DNA of 61,577 nt, counting the filler, from Platydemus manokwari (Eukaryota): assembly GCA_037951405.1 (NCBI GenBank). It is 6 parts of 6 records of this genome, joined end to end, with 100 filler letters (N's around TTAATTAATTAA, not from the genome) between each part and the next. Parts side by side here need not be neighbours in the genome. Positions count along the whole stretch, not along the records: positions 52,802 to 61,577 come from JBBMOY011351760.1; 5 more parts are not named here. The stretch is one strand, 5' to 3'. Positions 60,583 to 61,577 of this stretch are shown one piece after another. Position 1 is the first letter of the stretch. Every line of letters starts with the position of its first letter. The position numbers and the translations under genes were made by a program. Below the pieces are notes generated by a model. That model searched no databases and had not been told where the DNA came from. It was given only the letters and a program-made list of their open reading frames with translations.

Positions 60583-61577
60583 AACTAGATTATACAGTTC
60601 AAAGATTAAAGAATTGATATCTTTCGTGAAGGAATTTTTAATTAATCGTTTGAGTTAAAAGTTGGTAATTTAAATAAGAAATAACTTTGAAATAAAATTA
60701 TTATCTGGATACAAGTATTGTTGTACATGTATTATATCATTTTTGATTATCGTATTTTTATCAAAGTCGACCATTGTCATTCAATAAACGGGCGACCATT
60801 TCAGCCTTTCGAATTTCATTTTATGTTATTTTCTCAATTTTTAAAACACAGAAAAATTTATTATTAAATAGTTAAGTAAATAAATATATTTTAAAAATCA
60901 TTTTATTAACGTTGTGGTCACCTTTATTATTATCAATATTATTGACAATGTGAGAAATTATTTGTACATCGATAAAACAACTTTACAAATGTCTTTCGAT
61001 TGAGTATGTGATCAGCGAGAAATAGAAAGTGTGGATTTTTTGAAACGTTTGTTTGCCAAGAACACATAATTCGATTAGCTTGGCTAGGCAAATGCCACAT
61101 TGTAAATATTATTCATTTTGTAGCAAATAACTAATGTTAATTTAAATTAGTTAATTCAGAATGTACATATGTAATTTAAATTAAAATTATTTAAGATTAC
61201 ATTCCAAATAAATTTAAAAAAATCAATAACTATTAATTAAAATTGTACATCATTTAGTAGGTCAATTTCCATTTACGTCATCATAAATACCGAAAGATCA
61301 ATGACTGGATTATTAGAGAATTCAAAATTAATTTTTGAGAAATAATTATTATAATAATAACAAGTGCAGTCGATCGGTTTGAACAGCTACATTAAAAGAC
61401 ATCGATAAATCTTAAATGCAAAGATAATCATAATGCAGACAGTCATTTTGTTTATAAGAATATTTTTAGTTATTTTTCAGTAAATAACCCACTAATTACC
61501 AATAATTAGTTCTGGATTGTATTCATAATAAAACTAATAGTTAACTTTGGTTTAATTAAAGTTAACAGCAAAATTGA

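Overview
Very AT-rich animal nuclear DNA, not prokaryotic. The 18S and cox1 relics, the 45-60 bp introns and a stand-alone Trr gene point to a triclad flatworm (planarian); this is inference. The window is not one locus. It is six unplaced scaffolds joined by an artificial 100-bp linker (N44-TTAATTAATTAA-N44), so adjacency across linkers means nothing. Four host genes are supported: the FH1-FH2-DAD exon of a Diaphanous formin, a complete 4-exon secreted tyrosinase, the 5' part of an SCO-spondin-like gene (EMI-EGF-TB-like-3xVWD/C8/TIL-LDLa) and an intronless 1382-aa Trithorax-related (KMT2C/D) H3K4 methyltransferase. The rest is decayed mobile DNA (Ty3/Gypsy gag, protease, RNase H and integrase pieces, solo LTRs, an RLE-type non-LTR RT, DNA-transposon ends), three degraded rDNA fragments and a cox1 NUMT. 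The most notable unannotated structure is a recurrent LTR family with TGTT(A/G)GGA...TAATA (TG..TA) ends. One copy splits the cox1 NUMT with a 4-bp TSD, and two diverged copies share an invariant 35-bp hairpin and RFX X-box-like palindromes. I found no clear evidence of a wholly new multi-gene system.
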